DNA of 64,000 nucleotides from Octopus sinensis (GCF_006345805.1 NC_043001.1:17546001-17610000), one strand, 5' to 3'. Counted from the first letter of the stretch, positions 36,086 to 48,400 are shown. The notes: generated by a model not told the origin, from the sequence alone. Program-made: numbers and translations.

Positions 36086-37044
36086 TATTGGGTTAATCTC
36101 TCTTTTACTCTTTAACTTGTTTCAGTCATTTGACTGTGGCCATGCTGGAGTACCACCTTTAGTCGTACAAATCAACCCCAAGACTTATTCTTTCAAAGTC
36201 TACTACTTATTCTATCGGTCTCTTTTGCCGAACCACTAAGTTACGGGGATGTAAACACACCAGCATCAGTTGTCAAGCGATGTTGGGGGGGGGGGACACA
36301 GACACACAAACATATACATATATATATACGACAGGCTTCTTTCAGTTTCCGTCTACCAAATCCACTCACAAGGCTTTGGTCGACCTTAGGCTATAGTAGA
36401 AGACACTTGCCCAAGGTGCCACACAGTGGGAGTGAACCCGGGACCATGTGGTTGGTAAGCAAGCTACTTACCACACAGCCACTCCTACGCCCAGAAAGTT
36501 TGTGCCGATTTATAGTAGCTTACATTTCGACTTATTTTAGAACATGGTTGAGTCCATAAAATAGGACTACACCTCCATTTAGAGCACAGTTTTAGCTATC
36601 TTTTCGTGGAAGAAGGTTTATGTTCCTGTAATCTGTGTTAATTCTGTAACCCTTTAATATGGAAGATAAGAAAGTTCATTTTCAGCACTTGATGCTTTGG
36701 GAACCAGACAAAAATTGCTGCAGCTCGGCTGGGATGTGTTACGCCACCCTCCATATTCACCAGATATTGCTCCTTAGGATTTCCACTTATTCAGGTCTCT
36801 GCAGAATAGTCTTAATGGTAAAAATTTCAATTCCTTGGATGACGTAAAAAGATACCTTGATGAATTCTTTGCCATGAAACCACCTCAATTCTGGGAAGAG
36901 GGTATTTTCAAGTCAAAGGAAAGATGGAGACGCATTGTGCAATAAAGTGGTTCATATTTGGTTGATTAATAATGTAATGGCAAGTATTTATTGACCTTTT
37001 TCTTTCCTTTAAAAATCAGCACGAACTTTCCGGACAACCCAATA
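36086..37044 (+). mobile_element. Internally deleted non-autonomous mariner, left TIR split by a SINE (about 36099-36488)
   Basis: TIRs TATTGGGTT|GCCCAGAAAGTTTGTGCCGATT and AATCAGCACGAACTTTCCGGACAACCCAATA; N-terminal MEDKKVHFQHLML fused to C-terminal HPPYSPDIAP-x-DFHLFRSL. Confidence 0.85.
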
Positions 37045-38465
37045 ATTTTTTCATAGCAAAATCCAAATTAAGAAGGAATGGTGAAGATAGGACACAGTCT
37101 TGTTGCAACCCCAGTGACAATATTAAAGAAGTCAATGAAATTTGTGTTGGGTCTTCACTAAGTAACTTGAATTCAGACAACTGTTTCTGAAGATATTGAC
37201 ATAACAGTCAGAAATACCGTATAATCAGCCACAAGAACTTGTAACTCAGTAACCTTAGTAACTCCTAAAATATGCTGTCAACTATTTCTTCGGAATCATT
37301 GAAGTTGATATTTGTTTGTTGAGTGAAGAGGTCTTCATCCTCTTGGGAAAAGTCCGAAACATGGTCCTTTGCTATTCGTAAGACCCACAGAAGAGAAAGC
37401 AGGTCAACCCCCGACACCGAGAGCATCGACGGATGGATGAATGCGCCTCCAGACAGACAGATAGATAGATAGATAGATGGCTCGGTGGTTAAGGCATTGG
37501 GCTTGCAATCATGAGATAGCGAGTTCAATTCCCGCACCGGGCTATGTGTTGTGTTCTTGAGCAAGACACTTTCTTTCATGCTGTTCCAGTTCACTCAGCT
37601 CTCGGTAGTTTGCGTAAATGCTCATCTGTCCAAACCATTTAACATCACGCGTTCGGTCCATATTGACTCTTGAGCCACTACTGCAGAAGCTGGTGCTGTT
37701 GAGCGAATGGTCTTCGTCCCAGAGCTCATCCAGTGGGAGAAGTCCGAAACGTGGTCCTTTGCTATTCGTAAGACCCACAGAAGAGAAAACAGGTCAACCC
37801 CCGACACCGAGAGTATCGACGGATGGATGAATGCGCATCCAGGCTCAGCGGTTGCGTAGGAAGTTGGGGACAAGAAACAGGAAGGAAGAGTGAGAGAAAG
37901 TTGGAACGAAAGAGTACAACAGGGGTCACCACCACCCCCTGCCAGAGCCTCGTGGAGCTTTAGGTGTTTTCGCTCAATAAACACACACAATGCCTGGTCT
38001 GGGAATCGAAACCTCGATCCTCCGACCGCGAGTCTGCTGCTCTAACCACTAGGCCATTGCGCCTCCACTTGTAGTTGATGTTCAAAGGCTGATATAATTG
38101 CAAGCACTATTCAATGATGATTCAAAATTTACTTTCAGCAGGACTTTTAACATTCAGATTACTCAGCCAAATATATTGCTTCGTCAATGTTTTTAATTAG
38201 GAAGGATCCCCAACTACATAAAAGCTAAATGAAAATAAATCATAACTTTATAGCACTTTACTCTTTTACTTGTTTCAGTCATTTGACTGCAGCCATGCTG
38301 GAGCACCACCTTTAGTCGAGCAAATCGACCCCAGGACTTATTCTTTGTAAGCCTAGTACTTATTCTATCGGTTTCCCTTGCTGAACCACTAAGTGACGGA
38401 GATGTAAACACACCAGCATCAGTTGTCAAGTGATGTTGGGGGGACAAACACAGATACATGAACAT

Positions 38466-38500
<35 letters not shown>

Positions 38501-38997
38501 CATACACACACACGCATATATATATACGACGAGCTTCTTTAAGTTTCCATCCACCAAATCCACTCACAAGGCTTTGGTTGGCCTGAGGCTATAGTAGAAG
38601 ACACTTGCCCAAGGTGCCACACAGTTGGACTGAACCTGGAACCATGTGGTTGGTAAGCAAGCTACTTACCACACAGCCACTCCTACTGATGATGGTATCG
38701 ATAAATTATATATATACATCCGTGTTTATACGAGAAGACAATGATTTTTAGATTCTGTCTTTAATTATCGTTAAAGAAATATAATTGTTTTATTTTCTAT
38801 AGAGAAAACTTCACAAGCTTCTAAAATTAGAAAATATAAGCTGTGTTTAATGAATCAGATGTAAAAAAAAAGAGGCATAAAAAAAACAATAGGAAAAATA
38901 TTATATTTTTCTCTGATTGGTGTGATTGATGTAATTTGTACGTGAATGACATCAATCATATTTAATATTTTTAAAAAATGATCAAATTTCCAAATAT

Positions 38998-39003
38998 TTT
39001 ATT
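38998..39003 (-). terminator. Candidate CTBS polyadenylation signal AATAAA
   Basis: tttatt on the + strand, about 94 nt past the CTBS stop codon. The region is AT-rich, so chance occurrence is possible. Confidence 0.35.
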
Positions 39004-39096
39004 CACTAAAATATGTAAAAAAAATTTTAAGAAATTGATAGAAAAGTTAACAGTTGTGCTTTTGATAAGCTAAAATAATGTGCAGTTGTATTATAT

Positions 39097-39288
39097 TTAG
39101 TTGTAACTGGGCAAAGCATTCCACATGAGGTTCCGCAGTTTTGTAGACATGGTACTGTTGTCGTAATCAACACAATCAACATTCCACATTCCAACACCAT
39201 GAAGGTTTAAATCTTGAACAAGTTTATATTTCAAACCAAGGCTCTCGGCGTCATCATACCATACTTGATAACTAGAATTATGGTTTTC
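39097..39288 (-). CDS. CTBS: CTBS last exon: ENHNSSYQVWYDDAESLGLKYKLVQDLNLHGVGMWNVDCVDYDNSTMSTKLRNLMWNALPSYN*
   Basis: tttcAG acceptor, 192 nt including TAA; QVWYD and G-x-GMWN motifs. Confidence 0.93.
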   Translation of the reverse strand, partial: ENHNSSYQVWYDDAESLGLKYKLVQDLNLHGVGMWNVDCVDYDNSTMSTKLRNLMWNALPSYN

Positions 39289-40944
39289 CTGAAATAAGAG
39301 AAATATGAAGATGTAAGGACCATTAAAATGATTTGGATAGAAATAAAATCAATAAATGATACAGAGCACCATACGAGCGTGATCGTTGACAGAGCAGCTA
39401 ACCAGCTTCCATGCCAGTGGCACATAAAAGGCACTATTCGAGTGTGATCGTTACCAGTGTCGCCTTACTGGCCATTGTGCCCGTGCTAGTAGGGTGCCAA
39501 GAGGCCAAGAGCACCATCTGAGCATGTTCATTGCCAGAGCAGCCAACTGGCTTCCATGCCGGTGGCACATAAAAGGGCGCCATTCGAGCGTGATCGTTAC
39601 CAACGTCGCCTTACCGGCACCTATCCTGGTGGCATGTGTAAAAAGATTCGAGCGAGGTCATTGCCAGTACCGCCTGACTGGCCCCCGTGCCGGTGGCACG
39701 TAAAAGGCACCCACTACACTCTCGGAGTGGTTGGTGCTAGGAAGGGCATCCAGCTGTAGAAACTCTGCCAGATCAAGATTGGAGCCTGGTGCAGTCATCT
39801 GGTTCGCCAGCCCTCAGTCAAAATCGTCCAAACCATGCTGGCATGGAAAGCGGATGTTAATTGAGGATGATGATGGAAGAAATAGTTTTAAATTTCACCA
39901 CCACTACCACTGCCCTCCAAAACAAATAATCTCTAAAGACAATTTTTATAAGAAGAATTTTAACCCTTTAGTGTTCAGATTATTCAATCAAACATAATGC
40001 CTATTGATTCCCATTGATTTGAATTAATCATGCATTATCTCATATCTTCAAGATCTTGATGGTGCAATTACTTAATGTCGAATAACATTGTAGGGTAGGT
40101 GCGAGAGCCTGGATCTGGTTAGTTTGAACATAAAACAGATTAGTTATTTTGGCCGGATATGGCCTGTTTAAATACTAAAGGGTTAAATTAAATATTGTAT
40201 TCTAATCTTTTATCTTTTACTTCTTTCAGCCATGAGACTGTGACCATGCAGGGGCATCTCCTTGGAGAGTTTTTTAGTAGAATGAATAGCCCCAGTATTT
40301 ATTGCATTTTGTAAAACCTGGTCCTTATTCTATCAGTCTCATTTACTGAATCACTATGTCACAGGGACATAAACAAACCAACACCGGTTGTCAAGTGGTA
40401 GTGGAGACAAACACTGACACAAAGGCACAAACACACAATGGGCTTCTTTCAGTTTCCATCTCCCAAATCCACTCACAAAGCCTTGGTCAGCCCAAGGCTC
40501 AAGTAGAAGACACTTGCCCAAGGTGCCATGCAGTGGGACTGAACCCAGAAATATATTTTTAAAAAGCAGACATTAAATGATTATCACAGAATTTGAAGTT
40601 CCTCACCATCGGTGTCCAGAAAGTCAGTGTTGTACCTGTAAATTCGTTAATGTGGCTACCAACGATAAAGTTTTAATATGTTTTTTAGGCTTTAACCCTT
40701 TAGCATTCAAACCGACCATATCTGGCCAAAATATTTAACCTGTCTTATATTGAAACTGACCAGATCTCACCTCTCACCTCAGCCCTACAATGTCATTCTA
40801 AAATTAAAAGATCACATCACTGAAATCTCTAAACTACAAGATAATGCATGATTAATTCAAACTATTTTAAATAAACAAATATCACATTTGATAGAATAAT
40901 CTGAACACTAAAGGGTTAAATAAGTTGAAATAAATAGAATTTAC

Positions 40945-41109
40945 CTGATACGTGAAATAAGGAGTCTTTGAGGCTGCATCCCACTGTCTGCCAGTAAGCG
41001 ATTTCTTTAAATATTTTTCAACAATATCTGAAAATTTTAATTGTGTTCCAGCAGCATCACTACAGTTCATTCCACGGAATGGAACCATCTTTATTTTACA
41101 TATGCCATT
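40945..41109 (-). CDS. CTBS: CTBS exon: NGICKIKMVPFRGMNCSDAAGTQLKFSDIVEKYLKKSLTGRQWDAASKTPYFTYQ
   Basis: ttcAG/GTAAAT; 165 nt; VPFRG-x-x-CSDAAG is characteristic of chitobiase. Confidence 0.94.
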
Positions 41110-41870
41110 CTGAAAGAATTTATAAAAATAAATCATTGAAAAATCTAACAAACAGTTCAATGACAGTAAGCTTGATATTTCTGTTTAAATTCTAACAAAA
41201 TGCTTATCATAGAAGCTCCAGAAATACATCATTGTTGTCGTGGTCGTTTAACGTCCGTTTTCCATGCTGGTATGGGTTGGACGGTTTGACTGAGGGCTGG
41301 CGAACCAGATGGCTGCACCAGGCTCCAGTCTTGATCTGGCAGAGTTTCTATAGCTGGATGCCCTTCCTAACGCCAACCACTCCGAGAGTATAGTGGGTAC
41401 TTTTATGTGCCACCGGCACAAGGGCCAGTAAGGCAGTATTGGTATCGGCTACGCTCGAATGGTGCTTTTTACATGCCTATCTTTCATCATTTACTTGTTT
41501 CAGTCATTGGACTGTGGCCATGCCGGAGCACTGCCTTAAAGAGTTTAGTCAAACAAATTGACCCCAGTACACATTTCTTAAATGTGGTACTTGTTCTATC
41601 AGTCTCTTTAGCTGAACTGCTAAGTCACAGAGTTGTAAACAAGCCAACATTGATTGTTAAGTGGTTATGGTGATAGGGGCAAACTAAAAAGACATTTATG
41701 CACATACAAGGTCTGATTGAAAAGTATCAGGGCTGTTGCTATGGTAATAGAGATAAAGAACACAAAGTGAAGCTGCTAGGCACACAGATTGCCCTGGAAC
41801 TCTGTCATGCATTCACATTAAGTGATAATGTTCTTGCTCAGTTCTATTGGTTTATAGCAGTGCTTGGAAA

Positions 41871-42531
41871 TCTATATATATATAAATGGCAAAATGTCTG
41901 TGTGTGTGTGTCCTTTATACAAATCCACAATTTTTCAGTTAGAGGGCTCGCACTTTCTATGGTCATTCAAAACCGTCCAAGGGTGGTCGTGCACAACTTT
42001 ACATTTCCCCAGTCACCCCACAAATCCATTAAAAAAAATCAATAGAAGTGTAAAAGCACCATCCGTTCGTGACCGTTGCCAGCCTCGCCTGGCCCTCGTG
42101 CCAGTGGCATGTAAAAGCACCATCCGTTCGTGGTCGTTTGCCAGATCCATCTGGCACCTGTGCAGGTGGCACATAAAAAGCACCCACTACACTCACGGAG
42201 TGGTTGGCGTTAGGAAGGGCATCCAGCTGTAGAAACACTGCCAGATCAGACTGGGCCTGATGCAGCCTTCTGGCTTCACAGACCCCAGTTGGACCGTCCA
42301 ACCCATGCTAGCATGGAAAGCGGACGCTAAATGATGATGATGACCTTTTTGTGAATTTTCTATCCAAAACCCAATCAAAATACCTGAAAATTGATACGCC
42401 AATTGAATGCCAGCTAGCTGTATTGTGATTGGTCAGAGATTTGGACAGTACTCGCGTGTATGTGCGCACGCACACAGCTGTATATGCATGCACTAGCACT
42501 ATGACCCGGTGTTGCCGGGTCACAGTGCTAG
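41871..42531 (+). mobile_element. Second copy of the same Helitron, with an RTE-tail insertion (about 42051-42342)
   Basis: A|TCTATATATA...; hairpin TGACCCGGTGTTGCCGGGTCA; CTAG|T; about 369 bp once the insert is removed. Confidence 0.85.
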
Positions 42532-42843
42532 TAATGTATGTAGAGTGTGAACATCTCAAAAAGAAGATTGGGATTCAGCTTCACAGGATCTTTTTGACTG
42601 TCAAGGAAGATGAAACCTTTTTGGAAACAGTTATAACAGGTGATGAATCATGGGTCTATGGCTATGACCCTGAAATCAAGGCAAAAATCAAATCCCATTT
42701 GAAAGGGGCAAGATTTCAAAGAAATTCAGGATATTACAATGAGGCAGCTGCATGCTATCCCCAAAAAAATGAGTTCCAGGAATGCTTCCATCAATAGAAA
42801 CAATGCTGAGTTTAAGGCGGCAAGCTGGGCAAAATGCTTAGTG

Positions 42844-43526
42844 GTATTTCGTCTGCCGCTACGTTCTGAGTTCAAATTCCACTTTGCCTTTCATCCTTTC
42901 AGGGTCGATTAACTAAGTACCAGTTACGCACTGGGGTTGATGCAATCGACTTAATCCGTTTGTCCCCTCTGTGTTTAGCCCCTTGTGGGTAGTAAAGAAA
43001 TAGGTATTTCGTCTGTCTTCACGATCTGAGTTCAAATTCCACTGAGGTCAACTTTGCCTTTCATCCTTTCAGGGTCGATTAACTAAGTACCAGTTACGCA
43101 CTGGGGTTGATGCAATCGACTTAATCCGTTTGTCCCCTCTGTGTTTAGCCCCTTGTGGGTAGTAAAGAAATAGGTATTTCGTCTGTCTTCACGATCTGAG
43201 TTCAAATTCCACTGAGGTCAACTTTGCCTTTCATCCTTTCAGGGTCGATTAACTAAGTACCAGTTACGCACTGGGGTCGATGTAATCAACTTAATCTGTT
43301 TGTCCCCTCTGTGTTTAGCCCCTTGTGGGTAGTAAAGAAATAGGTATTTCGTCTGTCTTCACGATCTGAGTTCAAATTCCACTGAGGTCAACTTTGCCTT
43401 TCATCCTTTCAGGGTCGATTAACTAAGTACCAGTTACGCACTGGGGTCGATGTAATCGACTTAATCCGTTTGTCTGTCCTTGTTCGTCCCCTCTGTGTTT
43501 AGCCCCTTGTGGGTAGTAAAGAAATA
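42844..43526 (+). repeat. Tandem array of four SINE-A bodies (160, 170, 170 and about 183 bp)
   Basis: GTATTTCGTCTG unit starts at 42844, 43004, 43174 and 43344. Confidence 0.92.
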
Positions 43527-43693
43527 AGAAACAATGGTGGATAACATGTGTGACTTCAGAAGGGGACTACTTCAAAGGAAATTAATTGCCAAATTAATGT
43601 GTGTTGTAGTTCTCGTTTTATAGCCCTGGTCCTGAGACTTTCTGATCAGGAAACAAACTTCTTAACACAGTCACACCTGTATCTACATTATAT

Positions 43694-44150
43694 AAATAAT
43701 AATAATGAAATTATTGTATACAGTGCTCAAGTGCACCACAACTTGTCAAAGGTGCGTATAAAGCATATGTAGTAATGTACAAATGAGTGAACAATGTATG
43801 AGTCAAATACATGCCTGTGTGTGTATGGAGGGGAGAAAATCAGGTGAAGTGTTGGCGAATCTCAGGAAGCATGGAAGTTTTGAAGGATACAGTGCTCTGA
43901 CAACTAACAGTTTGTTCCATGCTTCAACAACTCTTAGCGTGAAAGAATGTTTCTGAAAATCATGGGAGCTGTGCTGTTTTCTTACTTTGTAAATATGTCC
44001 ACGGGTGTTAGACAGGTGGAGTTTGAAAAGGTGCTCAGAGTTATTGTTTGTAAGATGGTTAATAATTTTATGGGTGTCTGCCAAGTCAGCTTCCAGACGC
44101 CGGAGTTTCAATGTATCCATACCCAGGGAAGTAAGGCATTCAGAATATGA
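43694..44150 (-). mobile_element. CR1-clade LINE 3' fragment in a CTBS intron
   Basis: ORF 43803-44165: LGMDTLKLRRLEADL...TRGHIYK...FTLRVVEAWNKL; (ATT)n tail. Confidence 0.85.
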
Positions 44151-44187
44151 CAATAAAAATAACAAAATAGAACTTTGTTGAACTCAC

Positions 44188-44285
44188 TTGTGATAAAGCT
44201 ACACATTGATAATGGTATCCATACCATGGAACACCAAGGACCAGTTTCTGAGAAGGAATTAGCATTTTTAAATATTCTTGAATTC
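44188..44285 (-). CDS. CTBS: CTBS exon: GIQEYLKMLIPSQKLVLGVPWYGYHYQCVALSQ
   Basis: ttcAG/GTGAGT; 98 nt; KLV-x-GVPWYG GH18 motif. Confidence 0.93.
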
Positions 44286-44559
44286 CTGAAATAGAAATAA
44301 TAAAAATATTAAAATAGTTAACTTTTGGAGAAGTGATATTCTTGTATATTTCACAGTAGGCGCAGGAGTGGCGGTGTGGTAAGTAGCTTGCTAACCAACC
44401 ACATGGTTCCGAGTTCAGTCCCACTGCGTGGCATCTTTGGCAAGTGTCTTCTGCTATAGCCCTGGGCCAACCAATGCCTTGTGAGTGGATTTGGTAGACG
44501 GAAACTGAAAGAAGCCTGTCGTATATATGTATATATATATATGTATGTGTGTGTGTGTT

Positions 44560-45514
44560 TGTCCCCCTAGCATTGCTTGACAACTGATGCTGGTGTGTTT
44601 ACGTCCCCGTCACTTAGTGGTTCGGCAAAAGAGACCGATAGAATAAGTACTGGGCTTACAAAGAATAAGTCGCGGGGTCGATTTGCTCGACTAAAGGCGG
44701 TGCTCCAGCATGGCCGCAGTCAAATGACTGAAACAAGTAAAAGAGTAAAAGAGTAGACATGAATATTAGTTTCGTTTTGGGATTTGGTTTGCAAGATTCT
44801 TTATATGAGTTCGTGTGTTGAAGCATATTCTTTTGTGTCTGGGGAGAGTAATTTTCTTTTTGTACCTTATAATTTAACACACTCAGCGGTAAAATTTCCA
44901 CTTATTTGGAGGCCTAGTACTTAATCGATTGGTCCCTTTTGCTGAACTGCTAAGTTACAGAGATATAAACACACCACCATCGGTTGTCAAGCTATGCTGG
45001 GGGAACAAACACAGACACACATACATATATATTATATATATATGTATGTGTGTGTGGTTTGTCCCCCTAGCATTGCTTGACAACTGATGCTGGTGTGTTT
45101 ACGTCCCCGTCACTTAGTGGTTCGGCAAAAGAGACCGATAGAATAAGTACTGGGCTTACAAAGAATAAGTCGCGGGGTCGATTTGCTCGACTAAAGGCGG
45201 TGCTCCAGCATGGCCGCAGTCAAATGACTGAAACAAGTAAAAGAGTAAAAGAGTAGACATGAATATTAGTTTCGTTTTGGGATTTGGTTTGCAAGATTCT
45301 TTATATGAGTTCGTGTGTTGAAGCATATTCTTTTGTGTCTGGGGAGAGTAATTTTCTTTTTGTACCTTATAATTTAACACACTCAGCGGTAAAATTTCCA
45401 CTTATTTGGAGGCCTAGTACTTAATCGATTGGTCCCTTTTGCTGAACTGCTAAGTTACAGAGATATAAACACACCACCATCGGTTGTCAAGCTATGCTGG
45501 GGGAACAAACACAG

Positions 45515-45531
<17 letters not shown>
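44560..45531. repeat. Apparently exact tandem duplication with a 500-bp period
   Basis: Identical ORFs at 44656-44901 and 45156-45401; gtccccctag occurs at 44561 and 45061. Confidence 0.95.
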
Positions 45532-45560
<29 letters not shown>

Positions 45561-45966
45561 GTACGACGAGCTTCTTTCAGTTTCCGTCTACCAAATCCAC
45601 TCACAAGGCTTAGGTCGGCCAGAGGCTATAGTAGAAGACACTTGCCCAAGGTGCTACGCAGTGGGACTGAGCCCAGAACCATGTGGTTGGTAAGCAAGCT
45701 ACTTACCACACAGCCACTCCTGTGCCTATGAGTGAAAAGAAATAATTTTCATTTCTTTTTTATCGAAACAAATAAAGGAGGTGCTCAAGTGAAGTTGAGA
45801 CAGAGACAAAAAAAATCATTGTTTAGAGAACAAACATCAAATTTGGGCCAAAAACTTTATGTAACCCCACACTTCTATACATTTCATCATTTACAAATAA
45901 GACCATGGCCTTCAACATATAAAAAGAATACATGTATATAAGCAAAGAAGGTAAAAAAGCAGAGGC

Positions 45967-46883
45967 AAAGGACATGGACCTCACCCACTTTAGGTTATTG
46001 TTTTTGATTTTTTCTACAGATAACCACCTTTTCGACTGCAGAGATTTTGAATCATCATCATCATCTTCATCGTTTAACGTCCGCTTTCCATGCTAGCATG
46101 GGTTGGACGGTTCAACTGGGGTCTGGGAAGCAAGAAGGCTGCACCAGGCCCAGTCTGATCTGGCAATGTTTCTATGGCTGGATGCCCTTCCTAACGCCAA
46201 CCACTCCGTGAGTGTAGTGGGTGTTTTTTACATGCCACCGGCACAGGTGCCAGGCGAGGCTGGCAAACGGCCACGATCGGATGGTGGTTTTTACACGCCA
46301 CCGGCATGGAGGCCAGGCGAAGCTGGCAAACGGCCACGATCAGATGGTGCTATTTACATGCCAGCGGCACGGAGGCCAGTCGGAGTGGCGCTGGCAACGG
46401 CCACAAATCTGCAAAAAAATTGGCTTTTCAAAATTTCAATTTTTTTTACCTTTTTGGTAATTTGTATTTAGAAAGTGGATCTTCGGTTTTGCTGTTGTTT
46501 CTAGCTTGTCGTACTTTCTGGTTGGAGCGTACTTAAAAATTGAAGATTTTGAAAACCCTGAAAACATGTTTTCAAAATTTTAATTTTGCCCCTCTCCACC
46601 CCTCTGGCAAAAAAAAAAAAAAAGAAAAGTGGGCGGGGAAAATTAAAATTTTTGAAAACGTGATTCGTCATTTAGCTGCTGTTTCAAGCATGTCAAGTTT
46701 TCTGTTTAGATACTTTTTATGTCTGCTATTTTTGTGGGAGGGAAGGGGGTGTTTATTTATTTATTTGAAAAATTGAAATTTCACTAAATTTTGCAGAATC
46801 AGAATCTCCACAGTCGAAAAGATGGGTTTCTGTAGAAAAATACCATAAAAAATAACCAAAAGGGGGTGCAGTCCACGTCCTTT
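45967..46883. mobile_element. Foldback-type element with long imperfect TIRs, interrupted by an RTE-tail repeat (about 46052-46405)
   Basis: AAAGGACATGGAC...TTTTCGACTG mirrored by CAGTCGAAAAG...GTCCACGTCCTTT; inner inverted T/A-rich blocks. Confidence 0.6.
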
Positions 46884-46911
46884 ACCGCTGCCAGTAAAAA
46901 AATAATATATA

Positions 46912-47421
46912 CCGTAAATCCTCGAGTATAGTCCGCCCTTGAGTATAATACGCAGGCGATTTTTAGGGGGCTGTACCTCTGAAAAATCTAAACCTTGTGT
47001 ATAATATGCACCCCTTCTCTAACTTGAGTCAAGTAGGTCTATATAACATCCTTGGTTTGTAAAAATGTATACAGTAACGTCCTTTATTATTGTTATATAT
47101 ATAACATAATGCAAACGTGTAGCTTTTTTGTACATTTTGTTTGCAGAAAATAAAGAAATAACAGTAATAACGTTTAATAAATGTTGCTTACTGCAAGTTA
47201 TGGATGATTCTTTTGACTTCATTGCTTTCAGGCTTAGTTTAAGGTATTTTCGCGCCCGACATCACAAAATGCGCCTGAATAAACATTGCCAGACAGCAAA
47301 TAGAGACTTGGACATTACTTAGAAAATATTTTTCATTTTTAACCTCGTATATAGTACGCACTAGGGATTTTGACCTTTAAATTTTGGAAAAAAAATGCGG
47401 ATTATACTCGAGGATTTACGG
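46912..47421. mobile_element. pogo/Tc1-mariner-type non-autonomous DNA transposon (510 bp)
   Basis: TA|CCGTAAATCCTCGAGTATAGTCCGC ... GCGGATTATACTCGAGGATTTACGG|TA. Confidence 0.85.
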
Positions 47422-47607
47422 TATGCACATATAAAAATACAAAATATATAGAAGTGCCTGTCAAGAAAAAATATATACAAATCAACTAAAATAAGTAATC
47501 AAAATGGATTACTAAAACATCAATTAAAAAAATTTTTACCTCTCAATTAAAATATATCAAAATATTTATATACAGGAAGTACTGATAATTAAAGCAAAAT
47601 TAATTAC

Positions 47608-47779
47608 CACTTTTTGCGAGAGTATAATCAGAATTCGGACCAGCAATACATGGCCCTTCTATCTGGCTTCTCTGGTCATATGACATAACGAATAAGAAAT
47701 CCGTAACTGTAGATAAAGCTGTAACGTCATAGCATCTGTCGTCAACACAATGGGGGTTCCAAGAAACATCAAAGGTCAC
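47608..47779 (-). CDS. CTBS: CTBS exon: VTFDVSWNPHCVDDRCYDVTALSTVTDFLFVMSYDQRSQIEGPCIAGPNSDYTLAKS
   Basis: Hand translation of the minus strand; ttcAG/GTAATT; 172 nt; VTFDV-x-W and FVMSYD motifs. Confidence 0.93.
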
Positions 47780-48180
47780 CTGAAGAGAGAGAGAGAAAGA
47801 GGTTAATTCAATTTACTGCATTTCAGAAGTCCAGAAGTCTGATGCAGGCTTCCACCTGGCCAGCTCCTGTCAAACCATCCAACCCATGCTAGCATAGAAG
47901 AAGGACGTTAGATGAAGAAGAAGAAGATGATGGTGATGGTGATAGTGGTGATGGTGATGGTGATGATGAAGGAGAAGAAAAAGCACAAAGCCAACATTTT
48001 CAGAGGACAGGGTAAGTCAATAACATTGACCCCTACAAGGATGAAAGGCAAAGTCAACCTTACCAAAATCTGACCTTAGAATGTAAAGACAGGCAAAAAC
48101 CCAGTCAGGATTTTGTCCAACATGCTAATGATTCTTCCAGCTCGCTGCCCTCAGTTTGGTTAATATATTAAAGGATCTAA

Positions 48181-48400
48181 CCCTTTCATTATTATATTTA
48201 TTTTGAGATGCTCTGTGTTTCTTTCAATTACTTTAAATATAAGAAAGAATTTAGTAAAATAACTTAGTTATCATTAAGCTAGTGTTAGGAACATAAATTG
48301 TGACTAAGGTTTGGTGGAAGATTTTAATTCAAAACTTATGAAAACAAGACATTTGTACTCAGAGCCAGAGCTGGTTTCAGCCGGGCTGGTAACGAAAGGG
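48181..48400. mobile_element. Second piggyBac-like MITE family (220 bp)
   Basis: CTAA|CCCTTTCATTA ... TAACGAAAGGG|TTAA; fragments of it at about 28597-28650 and 31866-31905. Confidence 0.7.

Larger units (their letters stand above)
41705..43650 (+). mobile_element. Old, internally deleted mariner carrying nested Helitron, RTE-tail and SINE-array insertions
   Basis: TACAAGGTCTGATTGAAAAGTATC terminal; FLETVITGDESWVYGYDPE at about 42620-42680; FQECFHQ...CVTSEGDYFKG split by the SINE array. Confidence 0.7.

Noticed and set aside
37476-37560. tRNA gene (A and B boxes); likewise the heads of SINE families A, B and E
   Set aside because: No complete cloverleaf or acceptor stem; each continues into a SINE body present in many copies.
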